DNA of 64,000 nt from Carpediemonas membranifera BICM (lineage: Eukaryota > Protista > Fornicata). A model generated the notes under the pieces. That model saw only the letters and a list, made by a program, of their open reading frames with translations. It was not told the DNA's origin and did not search any database. The stretch covers positions 851,162 through 915,161 of the forward strand of contig JAHDYR010000064.1 of assembly GCA_019828565.1 (NCBI GenBank), in the 5' to 3' direction. Shown piece by piece: positions 44,260-55,848 of the stretch (its first letter is position 1; every line of letters starts with the position of its first letter). The translations under genes were made by a program, and so were the position numbers.

Positions 44260-44929
44260 GCTATCACGCCTCGGGCGTGGCTCACGCCCCTGACACTGCT
44301 GGGTCAGGGTGTGTCAGAACAGGATTCCGGGGACACGAGAAAGATGGCCAAAATATTTAGAAAATCTCGAAAGATATGATTGTGGATACGGTCTTGATCC
44401 GTCCCGATCGCGAGCAGATCGTATCCCTCCAGCAGAAACCGTGAGGATGGCCGAAGGCGACGCGGATAACGCTGATCCGCCGCCTGTCACCATGGAGAGC
44501 CTTGCTGAGCTCATACAACAGCAGCAGAACGTCATTACGGCACTCCGTTCGGAGGTTTCATCGGTTAAGGACAGTACACGGGACCCGAGACGCCCGTCTC
44601 GGATAGGAGCCGTTGCTAAGGAGTACGACCACCTCCGCGAGACACTTGCCGACATCAGAGGTATCCTCAACAACCCGGAGATGACGCGCGTCAACCAGAT
44701 CGAAGCCGCGATCGAGGCGGTCTTCGAGCGCAGACTCGAGTTCCTACGGCTATATGACAGCCACTCCGACACCGCTGCGCGCTACTTCATGGCTATTTCG
44801 AGAGAAGAACGAGACGCGCAACGCTTCGTAGTGCTGGCGGCCAAGGCCACTCCACCGCCTCCTCGACCCAAGCGGTTCCAGAGAGGCTTCGGCGGCTTCA
44901 GCCGCAACTCTCCCCGCTTCAACAAAAAG
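44260..44929 (+). mobile_element. 5' part of YR retrotransposon 4 (gag-like ORF from 44447), cut by LINE copy 2
   Basis: ORF resembles the other gag-like ORFs (E..HL, RRLEFLRL.D, AAKA, basic tail); left boundary approximate. Confidence 0.65.
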
Positions 44930-45057
44930 AAGAAAGAAAGAAATTTAACGTATCCTGTACACCTGTGTAAATCAGGGAATTACCAGTTTGCACCACCCCA
45001 TGTCCCCGGGAACGCCTTAGCGTGTTGACTTCCCTTCGTGAGCGAGCCTGATACTAC
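44930..45057 (-). mobile_element. Extreme 3' end and tail of LINE copy 2
   Basis: Reverse complement of about 18001-18128. Confidence 0.93.
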
Positions 45058-45113
45058 CATGCAGTCAATTCTGGTACCTTTTCTGGAACAAATGGTTCCA
45101 GAATTGGTTCCAG
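45058..45113 (+). repeat. Left TIR (56 bp)
   Basis: CATGCAGTCAATTCTGGTACC...GGTTCCAG. Confidence 0.95.
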
Positions 45114-46222
45114 AATGCCAGAAAAAATGGCATTTGCAAGAAAAACTAAACGCGTTCAAACAATTTAGCGACGCCTTGCCACGGGGTGTAAAGCAATATG
45201 CAACTAATACTGGGCCCAAGGAACGTTGATACGTACTGCTCTCATGAACTCACTCACTTTTCAGCAGAGCTCGACCAAAAACTAACAGAGGCTTGCCCGA
45301 GGTGTGCTTAAGCCAGCTCCAACTCTCTCTCAGTCTGTGACAGCTCCCCCAAAAAATTATTCTTGCTCAAAGTTGAGGGTTTTCGGGAAATACTGCCAAA
45401 AAAGTTTGCTTCTGCTCAAGAACGGGGGATGCGCGTTGGATACCGACACCGTTACGTAACAGTTTAACATTCATTATAACAGCGCTAGCCTCCAGATTTC
45501 CTTGCGCACGCCTTTATCTGGAGAAAATAGCACAAACTTTCGCAAGCAAACGCAAATCGATAGAAAAATATGTTTCATGTCCAACGGAGCTAAAACTGAG
45601 CACAGTGTTATTCATCCTTCTATTCTACTAGTTTATCACTTCAAAAGGATCTGAACTTCAGTATTGATGGTGTTATAGGCACTGGTTCGGTTCGAGTCAA
45701 AACTGACTAAACTGTGACGACGGCTAGGTGTTGAAACATGCCATACTCACTCGTAGCGTGGCGCTTAATAGTGCCAGAATTGCTTCACTGCCACAAATCA
45801 ATGGAGGTTCATGTTTGTGCATAAAGTACACAAACATGAGAAGACACGAATTCGTCACTGAATTAGAGACGATGCGCATAAGAATCAAAGATTTGGTTCA
45901 AATAGAGGAATACTACCTCTTTGCAGACGATATCGCGAAGGAATACCTTGATGTTGCGTCCATATACCTGATGAAGGCAATCCTACGTTCTCAGTGAGGC
46001 AACTAGCAAACATGAACCGTATCAAGAGACAAATATTGACGCACTCCCCGTCCACATCATGTTTGATAAATTTTCTGGTGTCATTCTGCTGTTAATATCA
46101 GACAAGCAAACAACGTAGTGATGCGGAGAGACCGCGTGGCAGGGCATGATGCACCTGTTGATACCAGGAGCGCTGTCTGGTATGATGATTAATTGCAACG
46201 AACGCGATCACCGGAAATTACA

Positions 46223-46237
46223 TTACCTTACCTTACC
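46223..46237. repeat. (TTACC)3 telomere-like tract
   Basis: Same pentamer and same TGCAGGTAAGG context as at 3732. Confidence 0.55.
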
Positions 46238-46355
46238 TGCAGGTACCATGGGTGTTCGTTTTCGTCTCTAAACGCCATCGTGTAAGAGCATAAAGAGCAT
46301 TTTCTGTTTACTGTGCCGTTGGGGGATTGATGGCGCTGGCGTAGGGGTGTTGTGT

Positions 46356-47843
46356 AGGCGCCAGGGATGAGGCGCCAGGGATGAGGCGCCAGGGATGAGG
46401 CGCCAGGAATGAGGCGCCAGGATGAGGCGCCAGGATGAGGGCGCCAGAGATGAGGCGCCAGAGATGAGGGCGCCAGGATGAGGCGCCAGGATGAGGGCGC
46501 CAGAGATGAGGCGCCAGGGATGAGACGCCAGAGATGAGGCGCCAGGAATGAGGCGCCAGGATGAGGCGCCAGGATGAGGGCGCCAGAGATGAGGCGCCAG
46601 GGATGAGACGCCAGGGATGAGGCGCCAGGGATGAGGCGCCAGGGATGAGGCGCCAGAGATGAGGCGCCATGAATGAGGCGCCAGAGATGAGGCGCCAGGG
46701 ATGAGGCGCCAGGATGAGGGCGCCAGAGATGAGGGCGCCAGGAATGAGGCGCCAGGATGAGGCGCCAGGGATGAGGCGCCAGGATGAGGCGCCAGGGATG
46801 AGGCGCCAGAGATGAGGCGCCAGGGATGAGGCGCCAGGGATGAGGCGCCAGGGATGAGGCGCCAGGGATGAGGCGCCATGGATGAGGCGCCAGGGATGAG
46901 GCGCCAGGATGAGGCGCCAGGATGAGGGCGCCAGAGATGAGGCGCCAGAGATGAGGGCGCCAGGATGAGGCGCCAGGATGAGGGCGCCAGAGATGAGGCG
47001 CCAGGGATGAGACGCCAGAGATGAGGCGCCAGGAATGAGGCGCCAGGATGAGGCGCCAGGATGAGGGCGCCAGAGATGAGGCGCCAGGAATGAGGCGCCA
47101 GGATGAGGCGCCAGGATGAGGGCGCCAGAGATGAGGCGCCAGGGATGAGACGCCAGGGATGAGGCGCCAGGATGAGGCGCCAGAGATGAGGCGCCATGAA
47201 TGAGGCGCCAGAGATGAGGCGCCATGAATGAGGCGCCAGAGATGAGGCGCCAGGGATGAGGCGCCAGGATGAGGGCGCCAGAGATGAGGGCGCCAGGAAT
47301 GAGGCGCCAGGATGAGGCGCCAGGATGAGGGCGCCAGAGATGAGGCGCCAGGGATGAGACGCCAGGGATGAGGCGCCAGGATGAGGCGCCAGAGATGAGG
47401 CGCCATGAATGAGGCGCCAGAGATGAGGCGCCATGAATGAGGCGCCAGAGATGAGGCGCCAGGGATGAGGCGCCAGGATGAGGGCGCCAGAGATGAGGGC
47501 GCCAGGAATGAGGCGCCAGGATGAGGCGCCAGGGATGAGGCGCCAGGATGAGGCGCCAGGATGAGGGCGCCAGAGATGAGGCGCCATGGATGAGGCGCCA
47601 GGGATGAGGCGCCAGGGATGAGGCGCCAGGGATGAGGCGCCATGGATGAGGCGCCAGGATGAGGGCGCCAGGATGAGGCGCCAGGATGAGGGCGCCAGGA
47701 TGAGGCGCCAGGATGAGGGCGCCAGAGATGAGGCGCCAGGGATGAGACGCCAGGGATGAGGCGCCAGGATGAGGCGCCAGAGATGAGGCGCCATGAATGA
47801 GGCGCCAGAGATGAGGCGCCAGGGATGAGGCGCCAGGATGAGG
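46356..47843. repeat. Minisatellite, 13-15-bp unit GATGAG(G)GCGCCAG(G/A), about 100 copies
   Basis: Uninterrupted tandem array of variant units. Confidence 0.97.
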
Positions 47844-47855
47844 AGTACAGTATTA

Positions 47856-48201
47856 GAACCCCGAAAACACCATAATACCAACACCAATGAGCTTCATCAA
47901 AGAAAAGATATGCTCACTGGCGCCGGTTATGGCGTTTTCGGGGTTCGTCGACCATTCTGCTCCCAAATCTGCACCTGTATTTTCGTGAGCATGCCCGGGA
48001 GCTGGGCCTGACGAGTGATACCGCAGGGACCACGCTCAGATGCTCAGGCTCTGCCAGGCGGCACTCGTCAGAATTCTGCACGAAAAAATTCAGACGACGA
48101 ATGATGGGCAAAGGGCCGCGAAAACGCTGAAGTACCAGCGCAAGTAGAGCGGTTTGCAATAAAATAGCTTACTTGCGCTGGTGCTGGCGTTTTCGGGGCC
48201 C
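47856..48201. repeat. Two homologous about 90-bp imperfect inverted repeats
   Basis: 47856-47946 and 48113-48201. Confidence 0.8.
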
Positions 48202-48210
48202 TGAATTGCC

Positions 48211-48525
48211 TCCGGGCGCTCTCCCGGCGCTCTATCCCCCGGGCGCTCTCCCGGGCTTCTCTCTCCAGGGCTCTTCTCCCGGGCTTCTCTCTCCCGAGTT
48301 CTTCTCCCCCGGGCGCTCTCCCGCCGCTCTATCCCCCGGGCTCTTCTCCCCCGGGCGCTCTCCCGCCGCTCTATCCCCCGGGCTCTTCTCCCCCGGGCGC
48401 TCTCTCGGGCTTCTCTCTCCAGGGCTCTTCTCCCGGGCTTCTCTCTCCCGAGTTCTTCTCCCCCGGGCGCTCTCCCGCCGCTCTATCCCCCGGGCTCTTC
48501 TCCCGGGCTCTATCCTCCGGGGCTC
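48211..48525. repeat. Degenerate CCGGGC(G/T)CT(CT)n minisatellite
   Basis: Pyrimidine-rich tandem units. Confidence 0.85.
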
Positions 48526-48721
48526 CTGTCCCCAGCGCTGTTTCCCAGGCGCTCTGCTCTCCAGCGTCCTCACTCGTAAATTTACGTTGCTGTCTTGTCC
48601 TGTACTGCCCTAAAGTGTTCGGCCATGTGGCTTTCATCAACAGGCCCGTCACATCAGCCATATCAGGGTGACTAGTAAGGCAAGCTAAGCACATATTCAG
48701 CTGCATGAATGCCGCCACTTG

Positions 48722-49484
48722 CCCCGAATTGTTCTGATTTCATTTAGTGTGCACTTTAGGGGATAGTTTCATTGCAACGCCAAAATGGCGAGTTCAGGTT
48801 GTAGCAATGATCTGATGCGCGGAACGTACTAGAAAACATTGCAATTACAACGCAAAGCAGCGAAAAGCGGAGAAATCAACATCAATAACAACATCAACAC
48901 CAAAAAGAACAGTATCCCAAAGAATTGTGGGCGTTGCTGCGCCAAAGAGCAATAAATGACCACAAAGCATTCGCTTATGCACAATTAGCTGCCAGAAAGA
49001 ACACTACACCGTTACTTTGGATCATTCCAGTTCGCCGGAGATGACGCAGGTCCAGAACGCTGCCTTGGAGGGCTGGTGAAGCGGTAGTGTAGCGCTTACT
49101 CGCCAAGCGGGCGATGGTCTCGACGGGACGGTTGACGGTCTCAAGGTGGCCCTGCTCTTCGACGTACCAGGCGGACATGCCGATGACGGAGCGGCGCTGA
49201 CCCTGGCGGACGTTATCCTCGCCCTGGGTGAAGCTGTTCTTGCCGCAGTACACGTCGATACCGATGGTGAGGCAGGGCTGTAGCATGGAGGCCGAGAAAC
49301 CATAAACTGCACGGATCCACAAACGTGGATTGGCCTGAACGACAGCGCTGATGCCCAGACAGTCAGATATACATTCATTTATTCCTGTCTCGCTCTCTTG
49401 CCTGTCGGATCGCGACGCTTGACCCACTCAAATGCCTCATCTGTGAGGTAGACAGACATGCCGCTGTCCTTATCCTTCCGAGTC
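48722..49484. repeat. About 762-bp direct repeat, copy 1
   Basis: Near-identical to 54006-54767. Confidence 0.95.
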
Positions 49485-49613
49485 AGGCTCCTCCTCGTCT
49501 GCCTACTTACCCTTCTTCTCCTCTGTCTCCACCTCCTTGTCCTCCTTCTTCTCCGTCTCAGCCTTCTCCTAAACGTACACAGTCGAACGCACTACAAAGG
49601 CATATCCAAATCT

Positions 49614-51332
49614 TTATTCAATCTCAACGACCTCGCACTTCTTCTGGTACAGCGTGGCGTGAGCCGGATCGCCTTCGATGACAATAGCGAAATTATCTGT
49701 CAACCCCCACAAGTCTGCATCGGGTGCAAGCATGGTGGTGCCATCAAACAGGTATAAGATGGCGGAGATGCCTTGCATGCCGTTGTATCCGTCGTATGAC
49801 TGGACAACAAGGATGTTCCGCTTCTGCTTCCTCGCCCAGACTCGGATGGCGTTCGAGTTATAGTAGCCGGAGTCCGGATCTGTCAGGCTACGCTCCGTGA
49901 CATTCTTCTTAGACCAGTACTTGGCCTTCACTGACTGGCAGAGGCCACGCTGCCACCTTTCGAAGTCGCCATCAACTCTGCCACCCAACTCAATGGCTTG
50001 GAGACAATATGCAACGCAGTTGCCGTCACTCTTGACATGAATCGCGGTACAGTTAGTCGTGAGAGCCTCCACGTTGATGCACGTCTGCACCGCGGCCTCA
50101 GAGGCGATGCGAGTCTGAGTCTCCGGCTCAGTCTGGATGCAGGCGTCGCATGTGTTCACCGTCTCCTCTTCTGCCTCACCCCTCTTCTCCTTCGCCTCCT
50201 CCTGCTCCTCCTCTGTCTCCTCCTCTGAGTCCTCAGGCCTGGCCTTCTCGGGCGTGATGAAGAGGGCCTTGCGCTTCACAGACATGGAGGCCTCGGGCTC
50301 GTCCGTAGTGCGTCGGGGGCAGGAAGTCCTGGAGAGCGTGCCAGACTGTGGCGGCATGGGGCTGGCGGCGAACGAAACATCGCAGGAAGCAAGGTACCCA
50401 ACGTCATGCTCATGATGGATACGCCTGCACTCAAGAAAGTGGTCTCTTCTCTCGTCGGTCACCTGCTTCGTCAGCCGCTCGACCTGCTCCTTGAGAGATT
50501 GGATCTCCGTCTTCTGGGCAGAGATCAGACTGGCTGTCACGCGACGTACGACTCGAGCTTCAGCAGGGAGTCTCGTGGTCAACGTCTTCTCGCCAGTAAG
50601 CGCCTGAGTATCGATCTGGTCGGCCCAGAGATAGCGCTGAAGCACGTGGTCGGCGTGATCCTCGCCGGGACAGGGGGCGTTATCCCTGCGGGCCCGCACA
50701 CGACGAGTACCGCAGATCTCATCGTACACTCGCTCCCATACCACGTCATACTTGGACTCGCGCGTGTATTCCATCTCCTTTTCCAACTCCTTTCGGTCTT
50801 CCTCATCGGCCAGCTTCATCATCTGAACCCGAGTACAATCCCTGATGTCCTCGTCCTCCTCCTTCGCGAGTTCACACTCAAGCCTAGCGTTTGTCTTCTT
50901 TCTAGCCTCACGAATGCTCTTCTTCACCCGAATACGCGCGCTCTCCACCTCGCCGTCGTAAAGGTGCGTGAAGGTATCCCCGCCGAGGACCTGCTTCAGT
51001 GTTTTCTTGTGTTCCCCTGTGACCCTTTCACCCTCATTCAATTTCATCGTCGCCATAAACTGCGCCTTAAGGTCCTTCTTCATATCTTCCGTCTCCTGGC
51101 ACGTGAGACGGAAGAACGTGGCAATACGCTTGAGATTAACACCTGTTTAAACAATTTCGCTCAGTAACGTACGTTCCTTGATCACAGTAGCGAGTAAATC
51201 GCGCCTAGGCAGCAAAAGCGCGCGAAGGGCGTCGCATTTGCCTTTAGCGCTTGCAGCTGCATTGATCTTGGTCATTAGCTCCTTCTTATCGAACTCAGTG
51301 GCTTCTTCCAGCCAAGTGAACAAGTCTAGCAT
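49614..51332 (-). CDS. Coiled-coil/acidic protein with C-terminal OTU-like cysteine protease; probable 30-nt intron at 51143-51172 (562 aa spliced)
   Basis: VKSDGNCVAYCL, YYNSNAIRVWA..NILVV, PAHAT; a GTACGT..ACAG intron removes the in-frame TAA. Confidence 0.68.
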
Positions 51333-52574
51333 CGTATATCGCCAAGAGACGTTAAATGGTTACTAAAAGTTTATGTATATCGCCTGCGGCTTGTAAGCAC
51401 TCACACTGTGACTGCCACCAGCCGTCATCACACCCCTAGCCCTACCCACACGTCCATTCTCGCCGATGCTGATTAAATCGTCCGGCCAGCGAGCCAGGGC
51501 CTTTCGCAAATTTAATATGGCCAAGAGACGTTATCTGCGGCTGAAAAGAGCCCCATATAACCCCCTATGACGTTATACGGAGAAATCATCGCCGATTTTC
51601 ACGTTTCGGCGAGCTCCGGCCAAGGGGTCCAGGAGTCAGCTTTTGGGGGAAGGTCTGTGGTGCTCTAACGTACCTCGGGACGCACTGTGGAGGCCCCTAG
51701 AGTGCTCGGTCATGGCATGTCAGACCAAGGGTCCCTCAAATCTGGCCCCATTCAGGATGCACCCCCTAAATGTTCCGTTGCAAGCGTCTGACGGGCGTTC
51801 TCTGGATACCGACCAAGATGGAGGTCACGTGGATCAACGGACGAGTATTGCGGTATTCTGGCCATGCCTGGTACTCTCAAATCATCTATACTGCTCTGTG
51901 GTTCATTTATTGTTCATATCGTATGGTCCTGATGGACTTATGGTACTTGATGTTGTTTAGAGATAATTGGTGCTTGACTGATGCTCTGCGCCCGCCAACT
52001 GATGTTTCTTAGTGATATTCATGTGTCTGCATCTTCAAATCCGCCAGTATTCTTTCTATTCTTCAGATCCTCATTTCAGTCTCGTTGCGAGCATAAAAGT
52101 GCACATTGTGAAAGGAAAGTGGGTGGTTATCTAATGGATATATGGCAGGACAAGGTACACGAATGCCGTCCTGAGGTTTGGCATGGGATACTGATCTCAT
52201 ACGTCAAAAATGGGCGGTGGTATTCGAATTTCAGAATTTCGGCATGTCCGAATTCCGAGGCAAGCGGGTAGGGTGTACAAAAACCTGGCCTGGGTACCTA
52301 TTAGAGCGAATAGAGAATGGCAGCACCATGGATTCGGTTTTCAGAATAATAATTGCATTTGGATCGCCATTTCAGAATTACTTCCAGTACCGGAGATTAT
52401 CATTAAATCTGGGAGTGTAACAACACTTTTAAAAATGAAAGGTCCCCATTCACCCACTCAGGCCCCAGATCACGTATCTGAGCTCAGTTTGGGTCAATTC
52501 CCAATACTTTAGAATTTTTGTATGGTCGAAATTCTGAAATAGCAATCCAAATTGAAGCAGCAAAAACTCATCCC

Positions 52575-53936
52575 ATGGAGGCTGTAGCGGCAATAGACGA
52601 AGATATCATGAAGCGTTGGTTGAGGAATGTTCCAACCAAATCGCGTACGAACTACAACAAGCTTCTGAAAGACGTTTTGGCCAGAATTTGTCAGAAAACC
52701 GCCACAGATATCCAGAAGGGCATCGAGATTGTCCGTAGTGACGAGCTGGTAACCCATTTGCGCCGGTACCTCGCTGAGAAGCCTCTGGGGACGCAGAAGA
52801 AGATCGTTTCGGCTGTTCAGTCTTTCCGGAACTTCGACTTGCCACACCCCGCGAAGCCGTTGTCCTGGAAAGAGGAGGAAGAGGTGTCGCCTGCATCAGT
52901 TGAGAGTCTCCCCAGCCCGTATGGCGCCATTGCCATTCTGCTCAACCAGACGGGCTGGAAGTATTCGTATCTCCAAGGTAATCTCCCCGATGCGATAGAC
53001 CTTACCTCGTGCCCGAGCTGGATGGGCTTTGGTACGCTCAAATCGGGATTCCCGCAGGCCAGTGCTGTATCGGAGGCGCTCAAGGTTCAGGGGTTGACGG
53101 TTCGCATGCTTCGCTTTGCGCAGCGGATCGACGTGTCCACCGATAGGATGCAGTCTATCGGCACGCTAGAGCGCCGCGGCAGACCGCAGGAGAAGCCTCA
53201 GAAGGTCATTAAGGACAAGCGCATCAGCCTGACCGATGAGCAGTTCAGGCACCAGTTGGCGTCCAGTCACTTAACGACCACGCGGCGCCCAACGATCCTC
53301 GATCTCAACCCGGAGATCCGAAGCTCTGCCGACCTTGTGCCGCCGACGCTCGATAACTGGCTTTACAACAAGCTCAGGATTAGGATGGTCCAGCTCCACG
53401 ACCAGCGTAAGCCCGAGGGGGGCGACACGGGGGAGGATGAGTCTGACGATGAGGCGCTGTTTGACGAGACAGCTGGCGAGGCAGAGATGCCGGAGACCGC
53501 AGTGGAGGGCGAGTTTGACGATGAGGCCGGGTTGGAGATGCTGGAAGGAGAGTGGGAGGATGAGGAGAGTTCAGACAGCGATGCCGAGGATAGCCTCGTC
53601 GACAACCTGTCATTTCTTCAGTCACAACAGGTTGAGTGTGATATGTCTGAGAGAGATACCGATGAGGGTGTCCGTAGCGGGGCCAATGGAAGTGGGCTCG
53701 CTCCGCTCTATGACTCTATGAAGACCAGGGTGCCCAGCAGACGCATTCGCCTTCGCCGCTATCACGAGAGCGAGTCAGACTTGGGCAGCAGCAGCGACAG
53801 CGAGGACGGGATGCCGAAGCTGCCCGATGAGGCCTTTCAGCACATCCGTGATGCCGGAATGACAACTGTGAGGCTGACGAGGGCCGAGTATGACGACCTG
53901 ATGGAGAAGAGAGAGCAGGAAAAGCATCAGAAGTAA
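52575..53936 (+). CDS. Degenerate tyrosine-recombinase-like protein with acidic tail (453 aa)
   Basis: SRTNYNKLL..TQKKIVSAVQSF (core-binding-like), ILLNQTGWKYSYL (box I-like), LTVRMLRF (box II-like). Confidence 0.5.
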   Translation: MEAVAAIDEDIMKRWLRNVPTKSRTNYNKLLKDVLARICQKTATDIQKGIEIVRSDELVTHLRRYLAEKPLGTQKKIVSAVQSFRNFDLPHPAKPLSWKEEEEVSPASVESLPSPYGAIAILLNQTGWKYSYLQGNLPDAIDLTSCPSWMGFGTLKSGFPQASAVSEALKVQGLTVRMLRFAQRIDVSTDRMQSIGTLERRGRPQEKPQKVIKDKRISLTDEQFRHQLASSHLTTTRRPTILDLNPEIRSSADLVPPTLDNWLYNKLRIRMVQLHDQRKPEGGDTGEDESDDEALFDETAGEAEMPETAVEGEFDDEAGLEMLEGEWEDEESSDSDAEDSLVDNLSFLQSQQVECDMSERDTDEGVRSGANGSGLAPLYDSMKTRVPSRRIRLRRYHESESDLGSSSDSEDGMPKLPDEAFQHIRDAGMTTVRLTRAEYDDLMEKREQEKHQK

Positions 53937-54005
53937 AATGAACGAAGTAAATATGTCGTGGGAATGACTCAAACACTGACTAAGCCATCGACTTGGCGCA
54001 GCTGA

Positions 54006-54767
54006 CCCCAAATTGTTCTGATTTCATTTAGTGTGCACTTTAGGGGATAGTTTCATTGCAACGCCAAAATGGCGAGTTCAGGTTGTAGCAATGATCTGAT
54101 GCGCGGAACGTACTAGAAAACATTGCAATTACAACGCAAAGCAGCGAAAAGCGGAGAAATCAACATCAATAACAACATCAACACCAAAAGAACAGTATCC
54201 CAAAGAATTGTGGGCGTTGCTGCGCCAAAGAGCAATAAATGACCACAAAGCATTCGCTTATGCACAATTAGCTGCCAGAAAGAACACTACACCGTTACTT
54301 TGGATCATTCCAGTTCGCCGGAGATGACGCAGGTCCAGAACGCTGCCTTGGAGGGCTGGTGAAGCGGTAGTGTAGCGCTTACTCGCCAAGCGGGCGATGG
54401 TCTCGACGGGACGGTTGACGGTCTCAAGGTGGCCCTGCTCTTCGACGTACCAGGCGGACATGCCGATGACGGAGCGGCGCTGACCCTGGCGGACGTTATC
54501 CTCGCCCTGGGTGAAGCTGTTCTTGCCGCAGTACACGTCGATACCGATGGTGAGGCAGGGCTGTAGCATGGAGGCCGAGAAACCATAAACTGCACGGATC
54601 CACAAACGTGGATTGGCCTGAACGACAGCGCTGATGCCCAGACAGTCAGATATACATTCATTTATTCCTGTCTCGCTCTCTTGCCTGTCGGATCGCGACG
54701 CTTGACCCACTCAAATGCCTCATCTGTGAGGTAGACAGACATGCCGCTGTCCTTATCCTTCCGAGTC
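54006..54767. repeat. About 762-bp direct repeat, copy 2
   Basis: Near-identical to 48722-49484. Confidence 0.95.
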
Positions 54768-55399
54768 GAAACCTTCTGTTTCGAAACCTTCCGAATCAAG
54801 GTTCGGCAAGGGTCTTTGGGTCTCGTTGTTGACATGCGACGGCAAGCCCACTCTGGGGTCTCGCATGAGCCCCCGCACACGATGCAATGCCCTGACAGGA
54901 CAAGCGGGGGTCATTTGTATCGGCCATATCTGTCTTAAGCTGCTCCACCTGGCTAGGAGTCAGGTTGCGGGCCTTGATCGTACCCCCGGGTCTTGCCTGT
55001 GTCTTCGGGCCTGGGCCTCGGCTCATCCTGGTCTCTGACGTCCGAAGTCGTCATCGTTGCCTGCTCCAAAGTGGTGGGCTCCGGCTGAGACCTGACGCCT
55101 GGCAGCCTGCGCATGGTCTTACGGCCGCCGCTACGCAGCCTCTCAATATCCTTCTCAAGACTGTTGACCTTCGTCGTCAGCGCATGATGTTCACTTGTCG
55201 CGAACGAGCGACACTGGCGACTTAAGTAGCGCGATGAACGTCTTGCCTGTGTCTTCTGGCCTGGAAGAATAGCCCAAATGACCTCAGATGCAGCAAGTTC
55301 CATACATTCGATGCTTTCTGGAGTAAAATAGAAGCAAGCTGCCATAATCGCTGCAACAATCTTCCGCAAAAGGTCTCTGTCACGTGTATTATCAGCCAT
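54258..55399 (-). pseudogene. Possible fragmented coding region of unknown function
   Basis: Chain of overlapping minus-strand ORFs; no recognisable motif. Confidence 0.25.
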
Positions 55400-55848
55400 C
55401 GTACTGTCACACCATTTTGAACTCATCAAATATTGAGCGTACAATATCACGTAAAGGGGGCGTTTTGGAGGAAATGACGCACAATACCGTTGCTTTAGCA
55501 CTAGTTTGATATTGAAGGTTCACTTTCAAGACTTTTTTGCGTGGTCACCTTTGGAAGGTGACAGTGCAACACCCGAAATTTTGTCTATACACGTCATATA
55601 CAAGGTCTAATGCATCTTTGCCAACCACTTTTAGCGTTTGTATGTGTCAGACGATCGAGTTCTGAAGAGCGACTTTGGCCAAGTCATGCGACCTTATCCT
55701 GCACTGACGATACGAAAACCGATCATAAATATTTATTGAGACATCTGCATGCAGTATTAATGTGTCCAGAGGTGAAGCTAGGTCTATAGAGTACGCACAC
55801 CAACTTTAGAACTGATCCGCGAGATTCGATCAAAATCGATCAAAGAAA

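Noticed and set aside
45728-45997. 89-aa ORF as a transposase fragment
   Set aside because: No recognisable motif; cannot be supported.
46221-46245. U1 snRNA 5' end (TTACCTG)
   Set aside because: Part of a pentamer repeat; no U1 stem-loops recognised.
46228-47887. Long 305-539 aa ORFs and a possible CRISPR array
   Set aside because: Translations of a stop-free minisatellite; no unique spacers and no cas genes.
51147-51149. TAA read as Gln (alternative genetic code)
   Set aside because: A 30-nt intron explains it, and other ORFs end at TAA/TAG at the expected positions.
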